A stretch of 52,218 bases of DNA from a virus. Lineage: Duplodnaviria > Caudoviricetes. Below, one piece after another: positions 35,008 through 44,663 of this stretch. The stretch lies in the IMG/VR virus record IMGVR_UViG_3300025846_000001, positions 1 through 52,218 of that record, one strand, 5' to 3'. Within the stretch, counting starts at the first letter, position 1; each line of letters starts with the position of its first letter. The translations under genes were made by a program, and so were the position numbers. Below the pieces are notes generated by a model, which was not told the DNA's origin, searched no databases, and was given only the letters and a program-made list of their open reading frames with translations.

Positions 35008-35605
35008 TAGTATAAATATTAAAATGTTCTATTATTTGCGTATAATCAACTTCCCTGTTTTCAATATCTGAATAACCTGATCTTTGTGTTGCCGCAATTG
35101 GATCTGTGATAAAACAGTTAAACTTCTCCTGCACATCATAGGCATAAAATACATCGAGCGTATTTCTTGCCGTTGAGTTTCTGAAAAACTCCTCATAATT
35201 ATCTAAAACATACTGAACCATCCGCCATGAATTATAAATAATTACATGAGCGCAAAATGCATTCTTAAGTCTGAATAGATTCTCTGAATATCGCTCAATA
35301 GGTTGCATTAAAGTTGCGCCCAGATAGAGCGCATCCCAGTCTGGAGGTAATTGTTTTATAGAATTTTCAACTGCATTCCATGTGTGCAACATCAAACAAT
35401 CATCCTCAAATATAATAAATGGAAATTCTTTTTGCTGCTTTAAAATAGTAAGTTGCGAGTTAGTGCAACCCACCCATCCGGGATCTGTTTTAATAGCATT
35501 AAATCTCTCTACTCCAAAAGGAAAAATGTTCTTTTGAAATTCAACCATCCTATCTGGTCTGGATTCCAGATTTATCACGTAGGCTTTCATATTGCACTTG
35601 CCCAT
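34994..35605 (-). CDS. GT25 glycosyltransferase
   Basis: YVINLESRPDR, GC..S, IFEDD, WDALYLG, QRSGYSDIE. Confidence 0.85.
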   Translation of the reverse strand: MGKCNMKAYVINLESRPDRMVEFQKNIFPFGVERFNAIKTDPGWVGCTNSQLTILKQQKEFPFIIFEDDCLMLHTWNAVENSIKQLPPDWDALYLGATLMQPIERYSENLFRLKNAFCAHVIIYNSWRMVQYVLDNYEEFFRNSTARNTLDVFYAYDVQEKFNCFITDPIAATQRSGYSDIENREVDYTQIIEHFNIYTNVGK

Positions 35606-36687
35606 TGGTTTAGTGTTTCGATAGATTGTTCATAACAATAAAAAGGTGTCCCGGATTCTAAATATACATCATCATTCATGCCATATTCCCTTGCCTTCTT
35701 ATAGATGCTTGTTCCTGGAAGGACCCAGCATATATTAGGACCATACTGAGTGATCTTGCTTCTTAATCTATTATACCGGGTTTCTTCAATGTTCTTAATT
35801 GTATCACCAGGAAGCCCAACAAGGAATAAACTCATCGTGCTTATCCCTGATGTTTCAGCAATTTCAATTCCTTTGAGCATCTTTTCAACAGTAGTGTTTT
35901 TACCCATACGATCAAGTGCATCCTGACTTAAAGATTCTATCCCAAAATGAATTTTACGACATCCAGCCCTATATAGTTCTCTGCAAAGTTCTTCATCCAT
36001 TGACTCGGCCCTGCCTACGCATTCCCATTTCAATTCTCCATCAAGTCCTGCACAAATCTCAAATACTCTTTTTTTATTTGCTGTAAAATTATCATCATAA
36101 AATATCCATGTTGTAAACCCTTCTGATATTTTTTGATTAACCTCAGTAAGTACGTCCTGAGCTGATCGCATCTTATATTTATGGTGCCAGAAATCAGACG
36201 ATCCACAAAATATACAATCAAAAGGACATCCGCGTGATGAAATAATCGGAATGCGAGGATCTGAATATCCTAAACCTGAGTAATCCGGATAAGGAATATC
36301 ATTTATACCGTTAAAATATTTACGGTCGCAATCTTTTACTATTTTTGAATCATTACCTTGAATAATATCGATAATGGCATTCTCTCCCTCACCGATAACT
36401 ACCTGATCATAACCTATGCTTAACATCTGTTTTGGCATAGCAGAAGGATGATGACCGCCACAGATTAAATGACCTTTAAACTTATCTCTTATCTGCCTGG
36501 CGTATTTCACTGAGAAGCTATGAAACGAAACAGCTATTAAATCATAATCTTCATTACTATTCATTGCTTCGTTTAAATCTCTTGCCACAACTTCGACTTT
36601 CCAATGATTAAGTGCTGCCTGTAAATAACCAATAGCAGGAGGAGGCATTTGATCTGGTGTCCAAGGATTTATTAATAACACTTTCAT
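35587..36687 (-). CDS. Cobalamin-binding radical SAM enzyme (class B methyltransferase-like)
   Basis: N-terminal B12-binding domain (GGHHPS, GEGE), SRGCPFDCIFC (CxxxCxxC), DDNF, GIES, GLPGDT. Confidence 0.92.
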   Translation of the reverse strand: MKVLLINPWTPDQMPPPAIGYLQAALNHWKVEVVARDLNEAMNSNEDYDLIAVSFHSFSVKYARQIRDKFKGHLICGGHHPSAMPKQMLSIGYDQVVIGEGENAIIDIIQGNDSKIVKDCDRKYFNGINDIPYPDYSGLGYSDPRIPIISSRGCPFDCIFCGSSDFWHHKYKMRSAQDVLTEVNQKISEGFTTWIFYDDNFTANKKRVFEICAGLDGELKWECVGRAESMDEELCRELYRAGCRKIHFGIESLSQDALDRMGKNTTVEKMLKGIEIAETSGISTMSLFLVGLPGDTIKNIEETRYNRLRSKITQYGPNICWVLPGTSIYKKAREYGMNDDVYLESGTPFYCYEQSIETLNQWASAI

Positions 36688-36953
36688 TAGTTATTCAAAA
36701 ATATATTCAATTATTAAGAATTTTCCAGTTTATTACAAATTGAACACAATTTTCAGGACACCTAAAACAGTAAGAATCAAGTTTTGGCTGAACATTTAAT
36801 ATTCTCCGGTGGTCTCTTTTGATCATTAAGACATCAAAACGAAATAACCAGGCTTTTTCAGGGTCTGAATCGTATAATTGCTTAACCATTTCACAAAATT
36901 AACTTATAATCATTCTAAATAAAAATATATCTATTAATAATTACTGACAATTA

Positions 36954-37292
36954 TTAACAGTTTTTAACAGACTTAATCTTATAGTACTCTTCGCTTGTCA
37001 TCATTATCTTCTTTGGCTGGCCATTAGATAAAAATTTATTAAGGCTTTCAGGTGTTTCTTTTGCCAATGAATCATCTAACCGTTTTAAAAGTTCCTTTAA
37101 ATTAGGGTGTTCTTCCTTTAGCTGGTCTTCTAATTCACCTTCAAATGTTTCAACTACTGGAATTGTTCCTGTCCCATGACATACTGGACAAACATTTGTC
37201 ATTCCAGTACCACTATAGTTTTCCATTGGGTATTTTATACCTGTGGCATTACACCAAGTACATCCTGATAAATAAGTTCGTATTGTTTTCAT
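36954..37292 (-). CDS. Small protein with DnaJ-type Zn finger
   Basis: CTWCNATG and CPVCHGTG. Confidence 0.65.
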   Translation of the reverse strand: MKTIRTYLSGCTWCNATGIKYPMENYSGTGMTNVCPVCHGTGTIPVVETFEGELEDQLKEEHPNLKELLKRLDDSLAKETPESLNKFLSNGQPKKIMMTSEEYYKIKSVKNC

Positions 37293-37293
37293 A

Positions 37294-37761
37294 TTATTTA
37301 ATAATATTTAAATTTGCATATTCTCCGTGAAATTTTGATGCTGCCTTATTGTATGCTAACGCAGCATCTTCAATAGTTTTATAACTCCCTAAATAAATCT
37401 GTTTTCCATTCACCTTTATTGCAGATGTAATATATCCAGAAGAAATAAAAACACCTAAATATCCGGATTTGCCAGAACAGCGTTTGTTCATTCCGTTCTG
37501 TGCGTACGTACAAAATCTTAGATTATATTTTTGATTGTTTAGTCCGTTGTGATCAATATGGTCTATTTGTAAATTATTAGGAGGGCTTAAAAGAACACGG
37601 TGCATAAAATATCTATAAGTTACATGCTTTATATTATTTACTCTCCGTGCATAACTATTTCTGCCATCATGAAATGCATGCCACCCCCATTGATTCAGAA
37701 ATTCATAATCTTCATCATCAACTTGTGCGATTTGCCCCTGAGAGAGCTTAATCTCTTTCAT
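37294..37761 (-). CDS. HNH-AP2 endonuclease
   Basis: MHR...IDHIDHNGLNNQKYNLR....QN; AP2-like YLGSY...EDAALAYNKAA..HGEYA. Confidence 0.9.
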   Translation of the reverse strand: MKEIKLSQGQIAQVDDEDYEFLNQWGWHAFHDGRNSYARRVNNIKHVTYRYFMHRVLLSPPNNLQIDHIDHNGLNNQKYNLRFCTYAQNGMNKRCSGKSGYLGVFISSGYITSAIKVNGKQIYLGSYKTIEDAALAYNKAASKFHGEYANLNIIK

Positions 37762-37775
37762 TTTACGAACATTTA

Positions 37776-37886
37776 ATAAGTCCGAACGAAAAGGTATTGG
37801 AAGAGGCGTTCGGTTCCTTTTATCAATCGGTAATTACTCCGACCTATCCAATACCAAAGATAGTAATTATTATTCACTTTTGCAAA
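37776..37886 (-). promoter_or_regulatory. Promoter (TTTG-N20-TATCTTTG) plus pseudoknot leader L3
   Basis: -7 at 37855-37862. Segment 37847-37855 is complementary to 37793-37801 in the loop of hairpin 37807-37813/37782-37788. Confidence 0.7.
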
Positions 37887-40800
37887 ATTTCATCCTTCTT
37901 TTTTTCTAATTCTCTCATCTCTTGATGATAGGCTTCGGCAAACTCCTGCATGGCATCTGTACAAATAGTCCATTCTTCGCAAACCTTAACCAATTTTATA
38001 GCCCGATCCATTGCAATATCATTAGGGAACGCATCCTCCCATTTATCACGATAAGTCAATTCAAGTATTTCTTCTTTTGTTTTCATTTATTACTGTTATT
38101 TTTAATATTATCAATAATGTCTAATGCAATACTTTCTATTATTGCCATAAAGGACAATAAATAATAAAACATGGTTTTTGCAGTCAATGGATTATTCATC
38201 TCTGCTAAGCAAATTAAAACTAATCCAGTTAAGCCTAATATAAATAATATATATCTCATACCTGCCTCCCTGCAACACCAAACCCTCTGTTATAAATAAA
38301 TACAGCTAACTGTTCGGGTGTAGCATCCTTGACTAATATGAAGTATCCAAACCAATCAGATTTCCAAACATTATCATTAGGATTTTCAAATCCCATCTTT
38401 AATAAAATATCCTGTGTCTCTTTCATTGCCTGTCTTTTTGAAATAAATGTTTAATCAATTTGTCATTTTCAAACACGTAAAAATGTAAACCAAGTCCTCC
38501 GAATGGAGAAAATCCATAATCACTAACAATCCTGATTTTATTTTTTGTTTTCATCTGTTACTGTTTTGCGGTTAGCCAATACTGATAAAGTTTCTTAATG
38601 CCTTTAAAGGTTTTATGAGTTTCAATTTCCTGATACACATCCGCTTTATTCCATAATTTCACACAATCAGCAGCCACCCATTCAGCAAATTCCTTTTCGA
38701 CATACTTACTCTCTATAAACACTGCAATGTCTTTTGCATAATCTTCAAACGAACATGATAAATCACGTTTTCCAAATATTGCTAAAATCTGCTTTTCCAT
38801 GATTCCTTATTTATTTAACTCTATCCGAGATTTACTTTGGGTGGTTACCATTTTACTTCAAAAGGCATTTTTGCAATTATCTCTATTGCTGTTTTGTTTG
38901 CCATTATACGCTTTATCATTTCGGGTTTATCAATAGTTTCCTTAACCCAAAATACTGACTTCGTTCCCGGTCTTGTGTCGGTACAACTTCCAGCAATCCC
39001 AATAACAGTATAACCACCACCCTGATAAAATGATACTTCTCCTTTTTGGAGGTTATTAGTTAATTGTTCGGGATTAAACGGAAGGTCATTAAATCTTATT
39101 GAAGTATGATAACTAAAACCGTCATCTATATTTACTCGATAATGTCCTGCAACTTGTAAATCTGTTCCAAAATATTCCATTTTCGTATAATTTAGTTTTA
39201 CTTATTTACTATCCGTTATGGTTGCTTTGACTTGAAAATAATAAATCCCGCTTCTTTTAAATAAAGCAATATCCCGTCTGCTAATTCAGAACATTGATCT
39301 GTTGTAAAAGCATTTGTAGCATAAAGAGCATTTTGAATAGGTTCAGATACATCTTCATCCGTCACGCTTATCTCTGGCTGTTGATTCTGCTTAATTAACT
39401 TATCCAAACATTCAGCACAAATACTATGAGTATCCTTTTCTTTGTCGCAATCAACACAGGTACTCGTCTGTTTTGGCTTAACAGGATAATACCTTTCGCA
39501 TATAAGACATGAAGTTTCTCTTTTACACGTTGCAGGATCAATATGATTTTGACAATTAATGTTTCCCCATAAATCCATTTTTTCATCAATACATCCTATT
39601 TGCATAAAACTTCCATTTTTCATTTTAGCAAACTCTTCTGGTGTCTGTTTTGGCTCGATCTTATCAGTCATAGTAAAGTCTCTCCAGCTCGTAGGGTGTT
39701 TTGGTGTTTCCTCTTGTGGCTCGATGGGATGAACTATTGGTCTCCATTCCATGCCTTGTTTGCATGGATATTCTGAATCACATTTTTTATGGTTTACACA
39801 ATGTAGTCTGCAATTATGGCAACCTCTTTCAGGAATATGTATTACGGTTTCTTTTTTCATGTTATTTGGTTTTAATTTTATATTTTACACAATCTAAATC
39901 ACATAATTTACACCCATTACACAAAATACTACTGATGAAAATATTACATTCTTTCTTTTTCATAGATGCTTAATTCTCTTGTTTAAATGTTCATTTGCTA
40001 TCGTGTTTTTAGTTCTCTTTATAAACAAATGGGTTCTCCATGTATCAAAATAACCTAAATGTTTGTGACATCCATTACAATATACTTCATCACCTATTGT
40101 GTAAAAGTCTGGATGACTGCATTCTTGAGCTTTCTCTTCTGTTAAAGGCTTTTCTTCTTTCTTATATAACGTATCCCTTGCTTTTGCAAACTCCTCGGGT
40201 GATACTTTCGGAAAATTCTTGCTCTCTTTCATTTTTTTTATAGTTTCAGTGCTTTATAAGAAGTTTTATCATCCCAGTTATCCCTGTGCAATATCAAGTC
40301 AATTAAAGCACCTGAAATTTCCTGAGAGGTTGCATTTTTAAGTTTTGTTCTTGAAAGCCAAACACTATTAATTCCATGTTTAATTTCTCCCTTATTTTTT
40401 GTTATATTAAAAAATGAGAACGCATCAGCAGTGGTATTCATTTCAATATTATGTATTTCAAATAATTCAACCAATGTGTAGAAAATACACTCTACCGTTT
40501 TGACTTGATTTATATTATCATTCTGTTCTATTTCTGAAAGTGTATTTATTATTCTATACAACCCGTTGGCATCGGGATGACTCAATGAATCAACACTTAC
40601 TTTGTAATTGTCAATTATAAACTTATTAAATCTCATCTTTCTCTTATTAGTTATTAACTCTAATACACTGGTGATTAACTCGTTTTATAAAGACCACATG
40701 GTTTTGAATTAATAGCCCCTGCTACTCCCATCTCTTTCCCCGCTTTCTTTGATGCAAGTTCAGTAGGTTCTTTTGACAGTTCTGCAAGTGCAGATTTGAT

Positions 40801-41085
40801 ACGTTTAATTTCATGCCATAACCGTAATTTTAAATCTTTACTTTCGTCATCATCCAACTCCTTACTCCACATAATTACAACATGCGTGCTGTATGCTGAT
40901 AATGCTTCAATCAGTCCCGCTTGCTTCTCATTGATCAACTTTAGATTTGCTGTTTGCTGGTCGCTGAACTCCTGCATTGTATGTAAGGATTCAGAAACAG
41001 TTAAGTTAAAACAACCTTCATTTACTGATTCTATACGCCTGCCTGTAATGCGTGCAATGATTTCTTCTTTTGTAAGTGTTTTCAT
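37874..41085 (-). other. Array of small hypothetical early/middle genes (37874-38086, 38558-38800, 38845-39180, 39216-39860, 39960-40232, 40238-40636, 40675-41085 and shorter ORFs)
   Basis: Tightly packed minus-strand ORFs with A-rich starts; 39216-39860 has several CxxC motifs. No family recognised. Confidence 0.6.
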
Positions 41086-41483
41086 AGTTTCGCTTTTACG
41101 AGTTTCCAGTAATCCAATGTCATAGGGCCTGATCCATTCCAGTCCTTCGCTGCCTGGGAGTAATTTTTACCCTGAGCAAATCGCAGAAATACTTTCCGAC
41201 TTAATTCTAAATCAAAACAATCTGCAGTCGTGTAATTTGAACCTACTAACTTGTTATAGTGATTAATTCTGCACGGTCTTATCTGCATCGGCCCGGCTGC
41301 TTGTTCAAGAAAGTTAAAGGCGAATATGTCCCCTTTGCTTTCAACCATTACTATTGCCCTCATTAAAGCATCGTAATAGTTTATTTCTTCTGGAACGGCA
41401 ATATATACCACTTTCGTATCGGGTGCCTTAGCGTTGCTTAAAAATAGGCTTAGCATTAAAATTGTTATTGTCATCATTTTCAT
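41082..41483 (-). CDS. Secreted lysozyme / lytic transglycosylase-like protein
   Basis: Signal peptide; AIVMVES (catalytic Glu), GPMQI, WNG. Confidence 0.75.
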   Translation of the reverse strand: MKMMTITILMLSLFLSNAKAPDTKVVYIAVPEEINYYDALMRAIVMVESKGDIFAFNFLEQAAGPMQIRPCRINHYNKLVGSNYTTADCFDLELSRKVFLRFAQGKNYSQAAKDWNGSGPMTLDYWKLVKAKL

Positions 41484-41503
41484 TACTTTCTTTTTAGTGA
41501 ATA

Positions 41504-42262
41504 CTATCTATTACAAAATACTCCACACTTTGTGGCATCATTAATTATTGGATATATTTCTTCTGGTTTAAAAATCATATTTGAAACACCATCCCTGATC
41601 TGGCTCATTTTAATCTTTGGTATGATACTGAAAAAATCTTCTCTTCTGTCTTGTATATTTTCCTCAACCTGTTCAACTTGTTTAAATTCTTCGGGGTCCA
41701 ATAATGCCATTGCCTCATATTCTTTTTTACTTTTATAATAACACCCTACACATCCACCCCGTTGCATATATACCGGAAATCGAGGAAGTAATCCCGTTTT
41801 GTTTAAAATTATTTTACATCCATCTCTTGTTATATTTGCATCGGCAAGAGGATATGAATAATCCACAAACTTTTTATTACCATGATTTCCTGTCCTTTGA
41901 TCTATTTCATCAGCATTTAATCCAATCATTAACCCCGCGCCCTTCTCTTTAAATTGTTCAAGAAAATCATCAATAGGCTCGATTTTAAACATTCTCGTAC
42001 AGTAACGAGATTTAAAAGAAGGATAAAACTTACTCTGAATTATGTATGATTTCAATGAAATATATTTATCGTTTTTTATCCGATATATCTTAAAATCCTT
42101 TCTATGAAAATTCTGAACCCATTTTTCAACTAAATCCAATCTATCATAAATCTGTCTATGTTCATAACCAGTATCGGCAAATATAGCATCATGTCTGTCT
42201 CCAAATAAGATACACATTGTCGTGCTTTCAACACCCCCAGAAAAAGATATAAAACTTTTCAT
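41504..42262 (-). CDS. PAPS reductase-family protein
   Basis: SFSGG.ES PP-loop, ADTGYEH, RYCT..FK..P, RGGCVGC. Confidence 0.85.
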   Translation of the reverse strand: MKSFISFSGGVESTTMCILFGDRHDAIFADTGYEHRQIYDRLDLVEKWVQNFHRKDFKIYRIKNDKYISLKSYIIQSKFYPSFKSRYCTRMFKIEPIDDFLEQFKEKGAGLMIGLNADEIDQRTGNHGNKKFVDYSYPLADANITRDGCKIILNKTGLLPRFPVYMQRGGCVGCYYKSKKEYEAMALLDPEEFKQVEQVEENIQDRREDFFSIIPKIKMSQIRDGVSNMIFKPEEIYPIINDATKCGVFCNR

Positions 42263-42522
42263 TCTGTTATCTTAAACTTTTCCTCAAACATGTAATAAAG
42301 TTCATACAGCTTGTCCCCTCGATACTCGTTACATAAATTATATTCAGTGAACATTGCTTCAATATTTTTCCGGCTGATAGAATCCGTCTTGCAATTCCTG
42401 ATCAGGAACTCCAGGTAAATGAGATTATCTGATACATTGCGCTCTTTGCCGACCTTTTTAGCATAGTTGAAGCCTAAAATGATCAGGACAAAAACTACGA
42501 GGAAGATTAGTGTTATTATCAT
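42259..42522 (-). CDS. Hypothetical membrane-anchored protein
   Basis: N-terminal TM helix. Confidence 0.5.
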   Translation of the reverse strand: MIITLIFLVVFVLIILGFNYAKKVGKERNVSDNLIYLEFLIRNCKTDSISRKNIEAMFTEYNLCNEYRGDKLYELYYMFEEKFKITE

Positions 42523-42533
42523 GGGGTAAGTTT

Positions 42534-42923
42534 TTAATAAGCCAATTCTTTCGTTGTTTTTTGTTCGTAAATATTATCATATACCTGCCAATCAGTTTCA
42601 TCCCATTCCGCCTCGCCTTCGCCATCAAGAATAAATCTGGCCATCTCGTTATTGTATTTAACAGTAAATAATTCTCTCTCATCCTTGGCGGCAAAAGGAT
42701 CAAATACTCGATCAGATTCATAAATCTCTTTACCGTTCTTATCGAGCAGTCCGGTGAATTGCATTACAGGAGCATTATCATATTTGGTATTAAAAGGACT
42801 CATTGAAGCGGAATCCTTTTCATCAATACCCTGTACATAAAATGCACCTAAAAAGCCTGCCATTACATTATATTCCATTTGCAGACCATTCCAAATTCTG
42901 AATTTAATTTCTCTATTTTTCAT
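42534..42923 (-). CDS. yopX: YopX-family protein
   Basis: REIKFR.W, MQFTGLLDKNGKEIYE.D, NIYE. Confidence 0.9.
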   Translation of the reverse strand: MKNREIKFRIWNGLQMEYNVMAGFLGAFYVQGIDEKDSASMSPFNTKYDNAPVMQFTGLLDKNGKEIYESDRVFDPFAAKDERELFTVKYNNEMARFILDGEGEAEWDETDWQVYDNIYEQKTTKELAY

Positions 42924-43014
42924 TATCTTGATTTTTTAATGATTCCCTCGATCACAAACCATAAAAGGAAGGCGACCAAAACTGATACTGTGAAAAGAAT
43001 TACTATATTCATAA

Positions 43015-43314
43015 CTATACTAATTGTTTTATTGTTTTATAGCAAGCTTTTATTTCAGAAATATGGGCATCCGTATATTTATCAAAACCATTTTCTCCTC
43101 CGAATATTTCATCCAGTCGTGCAGATACCTTCCCGGTAATATCCATCCAAGCATCGTCTTTTACGATTTCTTTTGGCTCATAAAGTGCAATCATGTGACT
43201 GCTTGAGTCGTAGTGAAGACACATAGTCACGTATGCAGTAAGTTTATTTTCAGCCTCACAACTATACCTACTACTCATTACTCCGTATTCAAAAATTATT
43301 AATTCTGTTGCCAT
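43015..43314 (-). CDS. Hypothetical protein
   Basis: 99-aa ORF with an A-rich start. Confidence 0.55.
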   Translation of the reverse strand: MATELIIFEYGVMSSRYSCEAENKLTAYVTMCLHYDSSSHMIALYEPKEIVKDDAWMDITGKVSARLDEIFGGENGFDKYTDAHISEIKACYKTIKQLV

Positions 43315-43325
43315 TTAGTTTAGTT

Positions 43326-43925
43326 TTAAATTTGATGTTCTTTATAAAGTGAATTAATGCGATCGCAACTTCTTGTGACATTTGCGTATGGCCGTACAAA
43401 TGGTTTAAAAGGCTCTTTAATTGTCTTAATAGGCTCAGGAAATTTAATGTGTTCTATCTTTACCGATTCCATTTTAATAGGATTGACAATCCTTTTGATT
43501 ATCGCATATTTTTTATGGAAATAATAAATTGGAGGTAACTGAAAAGGAATAAATACAATATTTTTTATCATTATAAATCTTTCCGATATATGACCACGTC
43601 CTATATATTTCTTTTTTAGATTTAACTTTATGCGTATTTTATCAATCTCAATTTTATCGCATGGATAAATATCTATACTATCGTTAACCTTTTTAATTGA
43701 ATGAAGCACCGTTGAATGATTTTTTGTTTTGCTTTTAGTCGTCCCGCTGTTGAAACACGCTCCAATGCGAGCAAGTGATAATTTGGTATAGTCTTTTATG
43801 AAATACATTGATATACCTCTGGCTTTAACAATTTCCTTTTTTCGACTTGCTGAGATAATACCTTCGATGGGTAAATTGTAAAATTCCGAGACTTTTTGAA
43901 TTATAAACAATGGGATTGATTCCAT
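43326..43925 (-). CDS. DnaA C-terminal (domain IV HTH) protein
   Basis: SRKKEIVKAR.ISMY....T.LSLARIG..F...NHSTVLHS..K. Confidence 0.85.
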   Translation of the reverse strand: MESIPLFIIQKVSEFYNLPIEGIISASRKKEIVKARGISMYFIKDYTKLSLARIGACFNSGTTKSKTKNHSTVLHSIKKVNDSIDIYPCDKIEIDKIRIKLNLKKKYIGRGHISERFIMIKNIVFIPFQLPPIYYFHKKYAIIKRIVNPIKMESVKIEHIKFPEPIKTIKEPFKPFVRPYANVTRSCDRINSLYKEHQI

Positions 43926-44046
43926 AACTTAAAAGATTATCATTATTATTGAAATACAAACTAAAATATCAAAAATGATTGCTATTATTATACCTGTGCA
44001 AATCAATATCTTAAAGGGCTTTTTCATTAGTTCCGTGCTTTTAGTT

Positions 44047-44238
44047 TTATAGTTTTTCATTCATAAACACACATTCAGGAGTTCTGTAAAACAAATTGCC
44101 GAAGCGATCCTGATACATCATCTTCTGAAATCTATAATCGTAATACCTATGACTTTTACACTTGACACATTCGGCGTGTTTCAATAATCCGCTTCCTGTA
44201 ATCTTTGACCATGTATGATGTATGAGTTTCATTTCCAT
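44047..44238 (-). CDS. Small hypothetical protein
   Basis: H.W...CVKC motif. Confidence 0.5.
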   Translation of the reverse strand: MEMKLIHHTWSKITGSGLLKHAECVKCKSHRYYDYRFQKMMYQDRFGNLFYRTPECVFMNEKL

Positions 44239-44663
44239 TTTCTCCTTTCAAATCCGATTGCCTTCATGCTCTGAAAATCTGCCTTTTCGTTTTGTTCCCG
44301 GGGAATCCATCGTATTACTACTTCATTATTCCTTTTTAATTCCGAAAGTAAAGGACTGGCTTTTAATGCATATTCCATATAAGCACCTTTTTTTAATCTC
44401 CATTCTCCATTCATTTGATTCACAACTAACATTGAATCCCCAAAGATTTCTATTTTATCACCTATCTTATTTTTCATCAATCCCAAAATCATAATGAATG
44501 CTGAGTATTCCGCAATGTTATTTGTATTTTCCGGCTTTGCAGCGACAAAGGTATTGCTAGCAAATTCCTTCGTCCCATCTGTAATATAAATACCCATTCC
44601 CATTTTACCCCCGGGATTTTTCGGTTCACAAGCTCCGTCAAAGTAGCATTTGTAAGTTTTCAT
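44229..44663 (-). CDS. rnhA: Ribonuclease HI
   Basis: YFDGAC..NPG, TNNIAEY, GDSMLVVNQM.G.W, WIPREQNEKAD. Confidence 0.92.
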   Translation of the reverse strand: MKTYKCYFDGACEPKNPGGKMGMGIYITDGTKEFASNTFVAAKPENTNNIAEYSAFIMILGLMKNKIGDKIEIFGDSMLVVNQMNGEWRLKKGAYMEYALKASPLLSELKRNNEVVIRWIPREQNEKADFQSMKAIGFERRKWK

